A stretch of 64,000 nucleotides of DNA from Schmidtea polychroa (Eukaryota), in NCBI GenBank assembly GCA_044892525.1, contig CM097888.1, forward strand, positions 69,874,001 to 69,938,000, given 5' to 3'. Below the pieces are notes generated by a model. It had not been told where the DNA came from and made no database searches. It was given only the letters and a program-made list of their open reading frames with translations. Each line of letters starts with the position of its first letter. The stretch's first letter is position 1. Position numbers and translations under genes: made by a program. Shown here piece by piece: positions 41,244-56,300 of this stretch.

Positions 41244-43345
41244 GTAGAAATTTATTGTTCCGAAATTTAATAACTTTATTATAGGAATTGTGAAAGTGAG
41301 AGAAAAATAATTGAACATACCAACACAAAACACAATGAAAAAATGCATGAAAAATTTCGGAATTGGGTGTATAAACAAGCGTTATGGAGTGGGTTACAGA
41401 CGTTTGGTCGTTGAAATGTGAGTAATCTTATGAAATATATGCATTTGAGAGATTACCACCAAATATGTTTGATTTCATTAAAAATATATTATTTTTTATG
41501 ACCGCGTAATTTGAGGGGTTGGTGTATATCACATTTCCTTTCATAAGAATCATAGTTAAACAAGATCAGTGTTTCCAGTGGAACAAAATACTAATGCAAT
41601 ATTTCGTTTTTATTTTTTCAACTCTTTTTTTTTGAATTGTTTAAGTTGATATTCGAGTTTCAAAAAAATTTTCGTTTAGAATTTTTAATTTAGGTTAATT
41701 TGTCTAAAATGGAGAAAAATAAATCGAATAAAGTGAAATTCTCTAAATCTCAAAAATTAAACAATAGTCATTTAAATAACTATCCATTTATTCTCGGTTG
41801 TTCAACGTCTAACAGTCACAATTCTGCTGTGAAAAATCAAATTAATAGAAGAATTAAAATTCAAGCTCAAATTACAAGACAGGGTTCAGCATCTATTGAA
41901 GAAAGTCAAACAAAAGATTCGTCTTTAAATAATTTAAGAACTGTCTATTTCAGTCTTTGTGATGAATATGAAAATTTATTCAAGTAAGAGAATTTACCGC
42001 AGATTATTTTTTATTATAATTTCAGTAAAAAAATTCAAATAGTAGATTCTTTGAATGATCCTAAACACCAAGATTTAAACCGCCAGAAAATCCTGGATAA
42101 AATCACAAAATCTTTGCGTTTTAAAGCAGAACAAATTCATAACATAAAAATAATGATTAAAACTTTCGTATATTTTTTATTTTTCTTCTTTATTATTTAT
42201 TTGCTAATATTCTAGATAAAAAATTGCAAAAACGATTTCAATTTTTATTCAAATCCATCATGGAACATTTAATCGTATAAATAATTATGATTAAAAATGA
42301 TTTAATAAAAATAAATTATTATTATTATTTTTTTAGTCTTTATAAATGAAAGTGACATAAATTTATTTTTCTTAATTTCAAGATATTTTAGGTTTTGCAT
42401 TTTACAATATTTAAAAAAATGTTAGCCTGTAATAGATAATAAATTCTTTTCTTCAATCCATGGGGATATTATGCTATATTGGTTTTTTATTATAATTATA
42501 CAAAGAAGACATCTGATTCTAGCTTGAATTCGTTTTTTTAATTGAATCTCATTGATAATGGCTTATAATAATTATTATTTTAGTAGGTAGATTTTTTCAG
42601 GTCAAAATGAATTGGGGTTCAGAGGCTAAAGGTGTTTATGTCAATATGAAGCACTATGGTCATGGGGTATTTTAAGTCCTGTGAAATATGCCATAGTATT
42701 ATTTTTGTACAGGAATTTATGGTAAGATATTTTAAAGAATCGATTTCTTATGAGAAATTAGGATAAATAAGTAAATTAAAGTAATAATTTTAAAAATGGA
42801 TGTAATATATTTTTTAAAAACGCTGTCATCTGAGAACTAATGGAATATAATGATATTTTTTATGCTAATTTCTAATGAAATATTTATCAAAGTTATATTT
42901 TGAAGCAAATCTAAAAATATAATAAAAGTGATAAATTTATTTGAGATTATTTAATATACAGAAATATTAATTACAAAATGAATTTTTATTTAATTGATAC
43001 AAAGTAAAATCCTGTCATGTATGTGTTATAGTCGATTATGAAAACAATCGAATCAGTGGTAATCAGCTGTGTTGCTTTTTACACATTGTGATTTCTCCTC
43101 CAGCTGGTACTTAGATTCCTTCAGTTTTTTTGGTCACTGAGATTTTCTAAGTCGTAGATGATTTGGACGTCCAGAACCATTGCTTATCGGTCTTTAATAA
43201 GCACAAGATTCAGTTTTCGGCAGGTGTCCTTGCAAGGATAGTCGATTTCATTAGTGTTTACCAATTTTTGCTCAGGATTCGAAACGTTTTAAAAACCAAA
43301 AAATCCAACTTTGATATCTGAAAATCAATTGATTAAATAAATATT

Positions 43346-45130
43346 ATGAAAGAAACCAGTTTTATACGATTTTACCTAGTTGTTCTCTTACTTTTCCTGA
43401 TAATTAAGCTAGTAAGTTTAGTGTCGAATTTCAAAATCCTATTTATTTGAATGATGAATGGGAAGTGGGTCTCATGGACTTTATTATTGTGTATAATACT
43501 TTTCCGTTTATTCAATATGAAGAAGTAAACAGTGCTGAAGAAATAAAATATTTGAGAATAAATAATTTAAATCGAATCTTTTAAGTGATAAATCCAACAT
43601 TGTGTTCATTGAAAGATATGAGAATTTAGTAGTTGTTTGTATACATGATCCATTTAAAATTACGTTTTTAGAGATTCAACGTAATTTTGGGTTAAAATCA
43701 ACATTTATCATTAGAAAAGGTGATTATTGTCGTATAAAATTACAATATTTACAGAAGATAATACAATAACTATAAGTGATGTTGAAAAAACAAAATTTGA
43801 ACATCAATTTGAAGATGAACATGAATACTTTATCTGAATTACAACTTGTAATGTACAAGGACATTTAATGGCAATTAATCCGTCTCCATTTAAAGAATTA
43901 AAAATTATAAATAATGAATTGGTTAAAATGACTCTTCCTGATAACATTTCAAAAATAACATTTGATCAGAATTTAACAAAACATTGGGATTAAAGAAACA
44001 AACATTTACTGAGAAAGATATTGTCGGTACTAACATTTCGAAATCTATTTATTATTGAAATCTATTTGGATTAAAAAATATGAACAATCGGAAATTATGC
44101 AGTTAGAAATGAAGAACCCAATCCGATTTATATTTCGTCTATAAACAACATTGAAATCAATATATTTGACAATAGTGGTAAAATAATTAAATTTAGTAAA
44201 GATACAAAAACACATTTATCATTGAATTTTAGAAAAGTAAATTATTAAAATAATATTTTTATGTGAATTAACCTTCAAATTGTTGTGCCCTTACTCGTCC
44301 AAATAATGAAGCTAGTAAATTAAATGTTGAATTACAAAATCATATTTACTTGGAATGAGAATGGGAAATGAACTTTACCTCTGTGTATAATAATTTTCTT
44401 TTTTTCAATAATTCAAATGTTAAATACAGAAAAGGTATATTACATGCCATTATGAAGTAAAAATGAACTATATATTTTAAATATTTTAAACATTAATTGT
44501 AAATATTTTCTATTTAAAGTTGTTTTTAACAGTATCAGATGATATAAATAAAATACTTGTCTCTCCAAATAATCATAAAATAAAGTTTGATACAATTCGA
44601 TTAACTATACATTATTTTTATGATATCGAACCGGTTGGTTGAAGACAATATAGGTTGCACTTCTAATTCTTAGAAGTATAATGAATTTCAGCATGAAAAC
44701 CGCTAATCACGTAGTAAAAAATAATTCAGAAATCTCGCCTGCTTTAAAATGCTTTATATGAAATTAAAGAATCATTATATACAGTGATGCAAAATTTACC
44801 AACAAGTAATGATATATCGAATGTATTTAATAAACATGATCAAAAAGAACAAAAAGGAGGAACACTTAGACGACGAAAAACTATGAAGAAACTTATAAAC
44901 AAAAGAACGAGATGATATGTAACCGTCTTTGAAAAATGATTAGTGATAAATCCTGATTATGTCTATTTGATAGCAGAATGGAGAATTTGAAGATATTTAT
45001 CCAAAAATTCAATTACAGATGCTGGTTCTTCTACGATCTAATTTTACATTAACGCATTACAAACTGAATATTTAGATTTGAACGATACTCTACAAAATCT
45101 TCAATATAAAGTTGTTAATAATTTAGGTAA
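43346..45130 (+). pseudogene. Degraded Maverick/Polinton capsid module (minor-capsid-like genes, major capsid N-terminus)
   Basis: Broken frames give QFYTILPSCSLTFPDN*ASKFSVEFQNPIYLNDEWEVGLMDF and INNIEINIFDNSGKIIKF..LSLNFRK. A second FYVN.PSN..PNNEASK..W copy lies at ~44250, and GEFEDIYP..NSIT..FYINALQTEYLDLNDTL at ~44975-45090. These match remembered Polinton capsid motifs. Confidence 0.62.
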
Positions 45131-48100
45131 GAATATATGTGAATCTGACGCAGCTGCAAACAATTTCTTCTAAACCCTTTAAAGATGTTGAACTTAAAAA
45201 TGATAGATATGATAACAAAGCAATTGAAACAATTAAACTAATAATAATTATAATTCATAGAAATGCACCGCACAGCGACAATTTTCTCATATGTTTAGGG
45301 TTAAATGGCATTAACTTTAGTATTTCAACACCAATGCAGTTGAATATATATTATTTTAAAAATACAATATTGATATGCTTAAGAACAAATAGTTTTACCA
45401 CAGCCCATAATTTAAAATTTGGTGAGATGCCGGCTGTTGGTCGTCAAACATTCGAAATTGTATTATAACAGGATGGACGAAACAGTTTATCATGAATTTC
45501 TATATATATTTTGTCACGGAACCATCAAAACAATTTCAACCCCCTTGTCCAACTTTTGAATTCGATAGATTAAATTCGAATTTATATCATATACAAAATT
45601 TCAAAACGATTTCAATATTTATTCAAAAATCATGGAACATTTAATCGCATAAATAATCATGATAAAATGGTATAATAAAAATTATTATTATTCCTAATGT
45701 TAGATCATTTACAAATTATACAGAAAATAATCATTGTTTACCTTAACAAAAAACCAAACCACAGTAACGATAGAGTATTTATAAATGTAATTAATTATAT
45801 ATTTTACAAATTATGAACACAGCCACGTACAAAAGTAGCTCTACTGCCAAATTTAAGTATCAGCACATATTTTATTGTCTGTATTTGCAGGACCAGAAAT
45901 CATTGGTAGAGGTTCGCTTATCGGTCTTTGGTGATCATTCAATATATCACCATTTTTATCTGAAAATTCCAATAAATTGTCGGTTGTGAAACCAAATATA
46001 CCGTCTTGATAAGCTGTAAAATAGATTAATACATAATGTCTCATCATTTTAAAAAATCATGCATTAAATTAAGCAATAACAAAAATTTCCAAACAATTGT
46101 AGTCCTTGCATAATATAATTTATAAATTTACCTTTATTTTTTGAAATCTATTTCAATCACACAAATATTTACATTTATCAGCGGACATGCAATGCAAACC
46201 AATTCGCATAAACAATTATTCATTTATACAATTATTAAGTTTGATGTTAAAATTCCTTTATTACAATTATAAATTTACAAATAAATATTCGATTAATTTT
46301 AGAATCCATTTAACCGACACATGTTTGTTTTTTAAATAAATATTATATCATTTACTGTCATTTTATGTGAAAATGAATTTTTATAAATATAGAGATTTCC
46401 CTCTATTCGTATGACCTTTGCATTTAAAAGTGCTTAAATTTTATTTTATAAATAATATTATGTTTTCAATTAATGATTTTTTTTAACTTCATATAACTTA
46501 TTTATAATTATAGTCTAGAATCATTGGTTCCTAAACTTCTGAAGTTACTGAGCATAAAAATCATAAAAAATTTGATTTAACTAGAAAATGTCTAACATTG
46601 TTTTTCTTAACCGTTACGCTGCTGAAGTGGTTGAAGAGACATACTATAAGTCAATTTATTGACTCTCCGTAGTCTAACGGTTAATACAGGTTATAAAATA
46701 ATTAAAAGTCAATATAAAATATTCAATGTTTTATATTTGATGTGGCCCTTGTAACCTTCTCGCGGTGCACTGATTCGGATGAATTATTGTATAAAATATC
46801 CGCAATAAAATTATAAATAGACGAAAGAAAAATGGGAAATTTTAATGAATTGTATTTTTATTTCCTAAAAATTAAAAATAATTCACAACTTTCAAAAAGT
46901 CCTGAATTTCTGAATTATAATATCTATTAAAAAATTGTTAATGTTATAACAAATAATAAATTAATTTTAATTTATATAAATTTTAATTTAACAAATAAAT
47001 GCAAAAATACAATATAACCTATCTAATTAAAATAATAATACAATAATTTTTTCCATTATTCTATTATTTGAAATATATTTGCACTCCTTTCGTATTATAA
47101 TTCATTTAAATTATAATTATAAATAAATTATGAATGAAATTAAATTAAATGAACAAATCATCCAAATAAAAGATAACTATAACTGGAAATCTTTTTTTAA
47201 TTTTGCTCATAAAATAACTTGAATACTGATTGCTGATAAAAAAATTTGATGACCTCTATATATTAGTATTGTTAAACATTTCATTGAAATTTGAATTATT
47301 CGATATAAGTATAATTACTCTGACACCGAATTTCAGTAATCGATTTTTTCAAATAGTTCTACTGTTTTGAAAGTACAATAATATTTTTAAAAACATGAAT
47401 GGAAAATAAAAATTACCAACAGTGAGATCATATTTAATATAAATATTATGACTTCGGCTACTTTCAAATGCATTACAATTATTAATTTTGATATTCGTGC
47501 TAAATATTTTAAATTAAGATTTATTTTCCTCAAAATTAATATCAAGTAGATTTAAGAGACGATCATGAAACAGTTAAAAAATATAATCATTCATTAATAT
47601 TCAATCATCTCATTCTTTTGCAAAATTTATTGTTTTCCTATTTTATATTTTTAATTATTCGATCCTTTCAACACTGCGTTTCAAAATATTGTATAAATCA
47701 TATTTATTTCAATTTACAGTATTTATGTATTCCATATTTTACATTCTCATATCGACTTGGTTCTAGTTTTGCCCTCGTTGAACCAATACAGTCTAATCGT
47801 CAAACTGAACTATTATTTAATTTAAAATTTATATTAACGTAGTTTCAAATTAAAATTAGTAAATTTTCTGATAAATAGAATTGATTAAAAATCGTTAAGA
47901 TTATGTCGTAATTTCATTCTAGGGAAAACTTGACGATGAAACAGCAAATTTTTTATTTTGATTGGTTGCGCAAAGATATCTAAATTTTATCTATGGAAAA
48001 TTTCTTTTTTAATTTGATTTAGAAATTGAATGATGAATAATTAATTAGATATGGATAAATTATAAATAGAAATTGAATATTGATTAATCGTAAGACGTTG

Positions 48101-49427
48101 CAAATGAATAATTAATTAGATATGGATAAATTATAAATAGAAATTGAATATTGATTAATCGTAAGACGTTGCAAATAAACAGTAAAATGACTAATTCCTA
48201 CCATGGGGTGTTTATGCATGTTTATACACCTAGGGCCCGAAAAGTTTGAAATATAACGATTAAATATAAAAAATAGCATTTTTGAACTATATTTTATATT
48301 TTACACTTAAATATTCACATAAAAGTATATTTTTGTCATTTATAATTGCTTTTGTTCATTTGTGCTAATTCATTTTTATGCAAAACAACGTCGAACTTGT
48401 TAGCCACAAAGGTATTTTATGTGTTGAAAATTTTAGTCATTTTTAAAGCATAGGCTTCGTGCATTTTTGGGCAACTTCTTGCACATAGGCTAATTTTAGA
48501 CTCAGTTTTCATATTTAAAAAACTCTTCTTTAAACGAACTATGGATTGCTACCATCAAATTTTATTTTGGAATATGATGTAAAATAATATTTATTGAAGT
48601 ATAATTTCCTATGCACAAAAATAAAATCAAATAACTTGTGAATAAGTTCGAAATTTGTCTATTTTCAAAATATTTAAGAGAAAATTTGGTTGATTGAAAA
48701 TGGGAGAGAAGAAAATAAGTGACAAAAGTATAATTTCGAAAATACTAACCGAGAATAGTGGGAATTAAAATTGAATATATTCAAATAAAGTAGTTTTATA
48801 TGTAAATTAAATAGAAGACCCTTAAAATAAAAATGAAATATTTTAATATTCTGCAACTATTAATTCTTCAACCCATTGGGTAATTTCAAAATCTATAACT
48901 TTTCTCTCTTTTACCTTTTCGTTAATATTCATTCTTTCAGGTTATAGATTAATAAGTTGTTTACAATTTTAAGTAAATGTACCTGATTGATTAATATTAG
49001 CTGGGAAAACTAGGATGAGCTTTCATTTATAAACAGAAATGATATTGTTTAAAGTTCAACGTCATCAAAATTTATTGGACAAGCAAATATCTTTGAATTT
49101 ATCAATTAGTGCTAGCGTCTTTATCCGTAATCCATATTTGTAGTAATCAACACGTAGGAATAGGATGTTATCAAAGGTTTATCATAATCAAAACGAATTA
49201 TCAAATTTTTGGTGATAAACGAAGATGTAATTATTTTTTATATATATTTGAGACTTATAAATCTCTCTTTGAAAATGGTTTAGAGTTGAAAATGAAAAAT
49301 GCTTGTCAACTGAAGACAAGCTGTACTCATTCGGAGAATCACCGTCAAAGAAATTACTTAAAAATCAAATTAAATGAAAAATTAATTAAAAATCGTTTTA
49401 AATTTAGCAAATTATGGCAGATTTTTT

Positions 49428-49975
49428 GAACAGAAAGAAAGATTGGATGAAGTCGCTCAGCTTCTACACCGTTAAAAAGATGGAAACGAGTTTTTGGACT
49501 CTTTAGTAACCTGTGATGAAATATGTGTACACTTCACTTCAAACTCAAAATGACCAATATGTAATCGCGATATTTAAGCTCACTGCCGAAAATGGTCATT
49601 TTTTGTGATTCAAAAGAAATTCTTTATTTCGATTTTCTTACGAAGAACAGTCACTACTTAATACTATTTAATGGTTTTAAGAGAAAACACGATGAGTTAC
49701 TCAAGATTCAGTTTGGTTTTTAGCAATCTCTGTCACTTTGACAATGAAAACGTTGCGGAAACTAAATTAAGATGTCCTATATTAACTCCATACAATCCAC
49801 CTTTTCGATCAACTTAAAGAATGTTTAGTAGGGAAGAAATTCGAGTCAAGGGAACAGGTTATTAATGCTATACAATGGGCCAATATGCTGTCATGTCTTT
49901 TACTCGCCTGGGATTAAGAAACTTCGTGAGCGCTGGACAGGTACATAGTAGTGTAAGGTTATATAGAACAAATAG
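49428..49975 (+). pseudogene. Mariner transposase relic
   Basis: LLHR*KDGNEFLDSLVTCDEICVH; MVIFCDSKEILYFDFL; LFDQLKECLVGKKFES; GIKKLRERW; GYIEQ*. Many stops, frameshifts and deletions. Confidence 0.75.
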
Positions 49976-50856
49976 TGTGTATGATAAAACATTCAAATGT
50001 CTGTCAGTCAGTCAGCCACAAGAACTCATTTAAAACGATGAATTATTTTTAAATTCTCACTGATCATAATTTAATCAATAAAATATTTTGTAACAAAATT
50101 AAATTTTAATCCATTCAATTATTCAAAAAAAAATTATTAATCTTTAGATGAACTCATATGAACTCATATTTTGGTTGAACTCATATTTCAATACTTGAAA
50201 GATACATTTATTGTCCAAGATTTTAACTACAAAAATACAACTTTTTTCACGTGTTGATATCAATGTTGTTGCGTTTGTATTTTGATTCGTAGACATTGAA
50301 ATTCCAAATAAATGATCAAAAATGAAAAACATGTTTAGTATCACCCATGCTCACGATTTGCTTTTTCAGTAATTATTGGCCTCCTTTTGTTCACCCTTTG
50401 TTTACAACACTGAAATTTCTAGATAATCTTTGCCACTGTTTTTAAAATACCAACCAATTTTGAACAGTCTTTATCATGAAATAATTGATTTAAAATTCAA
50501 CATGGTTTGATTTTTTTATATGTTTTGCAATTTGTTGGAATAACATTAAATCTTTAAATATTGTCTCATAATTTTCCTTGTTTATATCATAATATATGGG
50601 TTGTCTAAAATTGATACATAATGTTCCTAACAATAAATGTGTTTTTACGGTGTGATTCTTTTAGATTATTGTTTTCTGGTGTGATTCATTCGTCTATTTC
50701 AGGAGTCGGCAAACTCATTTGTTAAAAGAGCCAAATATCAGAAGCACTACAATTAATTTTTTTCTAGAGAGCCTTAGCTACGAACTAGGTACATTGAAGG
50801 TCTACCACTTCCCACCCACATAATTTTTTATATTCAATAGTTACACACAACATTAA

Positions 50857-51167
50857 CCACTAGTGCTATATTGACGTGCCAGGCACGTCTTGATGATTTT
50901 TTTCAGAACTGCAAGTGACGTGTATACCACGTCGATAGTATTTGTCGAAAAATACTTATCATACAAAAGTAGACTATTGATTAATAAAATTTATTGTTGT
51001 TGTGAATAATTATTTATAATTGTGTAAATCTTTTATGTAAGACCCTACCCTCGCGCTAAGCACTGGTCAAACCTCTGAGCTCGATGCCTTACGATACCTT
51101 ATATTGTAGATACCTTATTTAGTAGAGCGCGGCTCAGCTCCCGAAAATTAAATCATAGCGCAAGTGG
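50857..51167. mobile_element. piggyBac-type MITE
   Basis: TTAA on both sides (50853-56, 51168-71). Imperfect TIRs CCACTAGTGCTAT / CCACTTGCGCTAT (11/13). Confidence 0.7.
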
Positions 51168-51407
51168 TTAAATTACAACTGTTTTACTGACTGATTCTTC
51201 GTTAAAATTAACTCTTTCAATATGAAATGATTTCCCATCATAAAATATCTTTTATCAGGAAGCTTGATAAGAAGCGATATAACCGGGAGTATTTTATATT
51301 AGTTTTTTCTTTTATATCTGAAGAATGTCTAAAGAATATATCTAAGCCTTATGCTCCGAATAATGTATTTAATGAAAATAATTTCGATTATGATATTGTC
51401 CTTGTTA

Positions 51408-51413
51408 ATTATT

Positions 51414-51460
<47 letters not shown>
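51408..51460. repeat. (TTA)n(TA)n microsatellite
   Basis: Read directly from the sequence. Confidence 0.9.
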
Positions 51461-51463
<3 letters not shown>

Positions 51464-52313
51464 AACAAGGATTTAGTAGATTCGGATCACATAAAATATT
51501 TTGTTCAAAATTTTTTTTTGTTTTAGACAAAATTAAATTTTACTTTTTTCTGGAAGAGCCTTGGTTTGCCGACCCCAGGTCTATTCAAATAGTGTATTTT
51601 TTTAATTTAATATTTATATTTAATATTTCATTTATTTTCATTTTGAAAAATGATTAAAAATTCCAAAAAAAATTAATTTTTGATCTTTTGTCATGATGTA
51701 AAATATTTATTATTGTTATTATGTTCAAATCTTCAATTTTATTACTACAGTTTTAATCGTCAACGTTTTATTTTAATATTATTTGAAATCCGACTTTACT
51801 GTAGAAGTGATACATTATATATTCAATTTGACTTGTATTTATTTAAACTGTCTGATTGAAATTGTAAAAAATTGCAAAATTATTAATATTAAAAAATTAA
51901 TGTGAATTGTTAATTAATATTAGAATAAAAAAGTCATTTGGTCCAAGCAATCCATTATTTAGGGTATATCTAATTAAAATTATATAGCTTATAAATGTAG
52001 AATAAATTTGAATTTTATCTAATAGTCATGTTATTAGTTACTAATTTTGGTAAATCATATTTCAAATGGATTTTTAATTCAATTATAAATTTAATTTAAT
52101 TAATTAACCTTTGAATGAACATATAGTAAGTAGAATAAATTATAGCAAAAAAAATTTTAAATATAAATTTATTGAGAAATTAAATAATAATAATAATATG
52201 AAATATAAAGTGATGATTTCTTGGTAGCAGAATTTATTATTTAAATATAATAAACAATAAAGTTATAATTTAAGCCTTATGCTCCGAATAATGTATTTAA
52301 TGAAAATAATTTC

Positions 52314-52533
52314 NNNNNNNNNNNNNNNNNNNNNNNNNNNNNNNNNNNNNNNNNNNNNNNNNNNNNNNNNNNNNNNNNNNNNNNNNNNNNNNNNNNNNNN
52401 NNNNNNNNNNNNNNNNNNNNNNNNNNNNNNNNNNNNNNNNNNNNNNNNNNNNNNNNNNNNNNNNNNNNNNNNNNNNNNNNNNNNNNNNNNNNNNNNNNNN
52501 NNNNNNNNNNNNNNNNNNNNNNNNNNNNNNNNN
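52314..52533. other. Assembly gap (other gaps at 54574-54800 and 60085-60237)
   Basis: Runs of N. Confidence 0.99.
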
Positions 52534-53378
52534 AGTTTAAAATGTAATTTTGAATAATTTATTATAATTTATTTTAGTTAAAATAAAAATTAATAAAAAC
52601 TAAATATTTTTAATTTGGATAAAAGTAAAATAGAATGCATATAAACTGTTAAGAGTTGTTTAAAATGTCGGATAGATTTGATGTCAATATCAGTATTAGT
52701 ACTGATTGATAAATAGCATAATAAGAATTTGAGTTCAAATGAATAAGGTAATTTGAAAAAAGAAAGATCATTGTCCCAGCGAAGTTAAAAATTATATTTT
52801 TAATCATAAATATTTTCTCTTCGATTAACCAACAGACTGGTGGCACTTACAGTAAAAATATAATTTGTAGTTATTCATCACTTGGAGTTTACATAAATAA
52901 ATTGAATAGACATTAAAAATATTCATAACATGGAACATTTAAATTTGAAAATGAACATGCGAAATGCAGTCATGGTCAAATCAGCAAGCCATCAAAGCAT
53001 AGAATTATTACCTATAGATTTTACCAGATAAATAAACAGTCGTTCATAAGCAGTATGGTGATTAAACTTAAGCTCTGTTTCATTGATCTGATATAGTAAT
53101 GACAATCTCCATTGAATTATCAAATAAATACTAATGGAATGTATATATGACCGTAGCAGAATGTGCATATTTGCACAAATCGATTGGGAGTATTTACACA
53201 ATTATCAACAGCCCACATTTAAGAATTTTAAATTATGATGCAATTTAATGAATATTATTAAATAAATATAATCTATTTGGGTAAATATCTGCATTTATTA
53301 ACTAATAAAAATTAGCTTCTCTGGACTTGGAGTTTATTTGTCTAAGAGTAATAAAACAGACATAATTAAAAATATGAA

Positions 53379-56300
53379 TCAATAATAACCTGGCATCTGA
53401 TTTGCGCCTTGTGATGTCGGTCGAGGAGGTCCATTTTTTACTAATCGGGAAGATTGTTCTTCAGAAATCTGTTCCTGTGACAATGGTATCTTTTTACCCG
53501 GTGTATTCCCACTGCTCGAATATTGAGAACCTAATTACTAATTTAGAACGAAATTCTATAATTTTGGTTTGACTAACAATTGGTAATTCGAGAATCTGAT
53601 TTGAGAAGGTTGTTTAAGGAACCGTTGAGATTGGAAGATATGGGCGGCATATCTGAAGATTTAGTATCAGGCGTGTTTGAATTAAAACTTGACATCTGGT
53701 CAGCAACAGACATTGAATATTGATTGTTATTACTATTGTTTACTGAGCCGGACAAAGACATTGCCATGTGTGGACCACTCATATTTGGTAAATGGGGAGC
53801 TTGGCCTAAAGACATTATTGGTCCGGAAATATTGTTTCCAGAAGCATCATATTGGGTATTTTCTAATCGAGTTATTGAGCGCTCGTCTTCATCGCCGAAT
53901 TCACCACCCATTAAAGTTGGTTCACCCACAATCATAACATCCTACAAATTATTAAATTAAAATATCGATTTTACTAATCTTATAAAATTTAAGTACAAAG
54001 TTAAGAAATAGAAAATTTAAAAATAATCTTAAAAAAATATTACTGGTAATTTATTTTTCCTTCAATTTTTTAAAAAATATTAATACAATTCAAAAATAAA
54101 GAAAAAGGAAATTAAAAATAAAATGATGAAAAAAAATTACTGATAAAATTATTGATGTAATTAAATTTACAATAAATGCGTGCACTAGCACATAATTTAA
54201 ATTTTAAAATATCAATGTCAACTTTACAAATTTTATTAAATAATAAATCAAGACAATTTTAATAAATTTTTACAGAAAAGTTAATCTGAATGTTTTCAGT
54301 ATACCTCAGCAACGAATCAGATTCGAATAATAGCTACAGTTCATTTCTGATTTGTTGTTTCGGCACACTTAAAAACCATTCATCAAAAGATTCTATATAA
54401 ATCAAAACTAACCCCAGGTTGATTCAAATTAGGCAGAGATGGGACAGGACTTTGTTTCCGCTTCGAACTACGATTAGAGGCTGAATCTGAATTCGCATTT
54501 GATCCTTTTCTTTTTCTGCGTTTGTTGGTTTGACGATTCGATTCTAAAAAGGAATATTGCGTAATGTTACTATNNNNNNNNNNNNNNNNNNNNNNNNNNN
54601 NNNNNNNNNNNNNNNNNNNNNNNNNNNNNNNNNNNNNNNNNNNNNNNNNNNNNNNNNNNNNNNNNNNNNNNNNNNNNNNNNNNNNNNNNNNNNNNNNNNN
54701 NNNNNNNNNNNNNNNNNNNNNNNNNNNNNNNNNNNNNNNNNNNNNNNNNNNNNNNNNNNNNNNNNNNNNNNNNNNNNNNNNNNNNNNNNNNNNNNNNNNN
54801 ATAAATACAACACCTGATTTTTGCTGCTGACCTGGTGGAGCTACCATGCGTTGCCATTTTTGGAATAAAGTGGTTTTTAAACAATCTTTCGGACTGAGAC
54901 TATATGCTTTTTGTCTGGACATTAATTCCTGCATTGGTTCAAGAATAGTACAAATTCGAAAGAAATTCATTGTAAAATTAGGAATTCCACATCGTGTGAC
55001 GTTTTTTGAAAACTCCATTAACATTTGTTCTTGATTGCACTGAATGAGATTCAATTTATATTAAATGAAAATTTCAGCATAAATTTTTATATACGAACAT
55101 ATTTTTAATATTAAAAAAAATTAAAAATACAACGTACACCAAATCCAGGCATTGATCTTAGAATAAATTCACGATGATTTCTAATCTGAAAAGTCCAACT
55201 TCTTATCCGCATTAACTCGTCAAAATTGAAATCCAGTAGTAATCGGCCTTCTACTGTGATTGTTGTCGGGGGCAAAGTTCTAGGGAATGTCATTACCATT
55301 TGAGCTGATTCGCTATCAACCACAATAGTATTAGTGTGATAACTTTCTCGTACCGAACGTAAGAAATAATAATATTCAGTACAGCCACTGTCAAAAATAC
55401 TGCGGAAATAACGGGGAATCAAAGTGCGACCTATAGCTAAATAAAAATAATCAAAATAACAAGTGTCAATATCCTTTAAAATGGTTAACAAGTATCGATA
55501 AAATTTACAGATTTCATAAAACTTCAATTTAATGAAAAAAATTACCAAAGGAAAGTAAATTTATGGACACACTAAGTCAAAGTTTTACTTTAGCGCACGA
55601 CTGGTAATGTCGATATGTATGTTATTGACAATCGTTATAAAGTGGTCAGTAGGCAATATCCCTATTATTAGGATTAGAATAATTTTGATTAAAATAAGGA
55701 TGAATAATCAGATTTCTTGGAGAAGCGATGAAAATAAGTTGTTGCTGATAATATTAATTTTAATGTTAAATCAATGAATCAATTAAAAAATTGTTATGAT
55801 CATTGAAATTTGGTAAACAAATATCGTTCATTCATAATGACAACAAATTATTAAAATAATGAATGTTATAAAGAATCCGAGAATCAGGGGCAAATTTTCA
55901 TCACACTGACCATAAACAACAAAAAGAGAGCTAAAATTTTAAAAACTTTAAAAAGTGAAATTAAGTCGTATATAATAGAAGCATTGAAAACCTAGTAGGA
56001 TAAAACTATGCCGAAATTGAATAAAAATTGATATTTTTCCCGCATATAACCTGCAGACGAGTATAACTCGCAAGCCAGTGAAAAGAATAAATTAAAGGTA
56101 AAATAAATTCGGTGGAAAAATTTGAAATATATGTAGCAGGCTGAAAAATATGACAATTTAGCCCACGAGATATATATCGTGAAAATGGTTCATACGTTGT
56201 CAATAGTGTTTAAATATCGTTGGATCTAATAATTGATTATTTATCAATTTTCATGTATTATGGTTAATAAATCCAATATAAAAATTAAGTGTTTCTATTT

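Noticed and set aside
41700-42170. Possible host exons on the + strand next to the insertion site
   Set aside because: TTG start, no recognisable protein, and no consistent splice model.
46664-46690. tRNA A-box-like sequence (TCCGTAGTCTAACGGTTAATAC)
   Set aside because: No B-box or cloverleaf follows. At best a SINE remnant, so no tRNA gene was called.
48034-48176. 71-bp perfect tandem duplication
   Set aside because: Ordinary local slippage or assembly duplication in AT-rich DNA.
46521-51582. Degenerate hAT-like ends (CATTGGTTCCTAAAC; GTTTGCCGACCCCAG) bounding a 5-kb element
   Set aside because: The ends do not match each other well and there is no shared 8-bp TSD. They are probably unrelated relics.
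52272-52313. ~42-bp repeat of 51343-51385 at a gap edge
   Set aside because: It abuts an N gap and its twin lies next to a microsatellite, so it is likely a scaffolding artefact.
52279-54884. ORF-track entries full of X
   Set aside because: Artefacts of translating through N gaps. The real coding parts belong to the Ldb exons.
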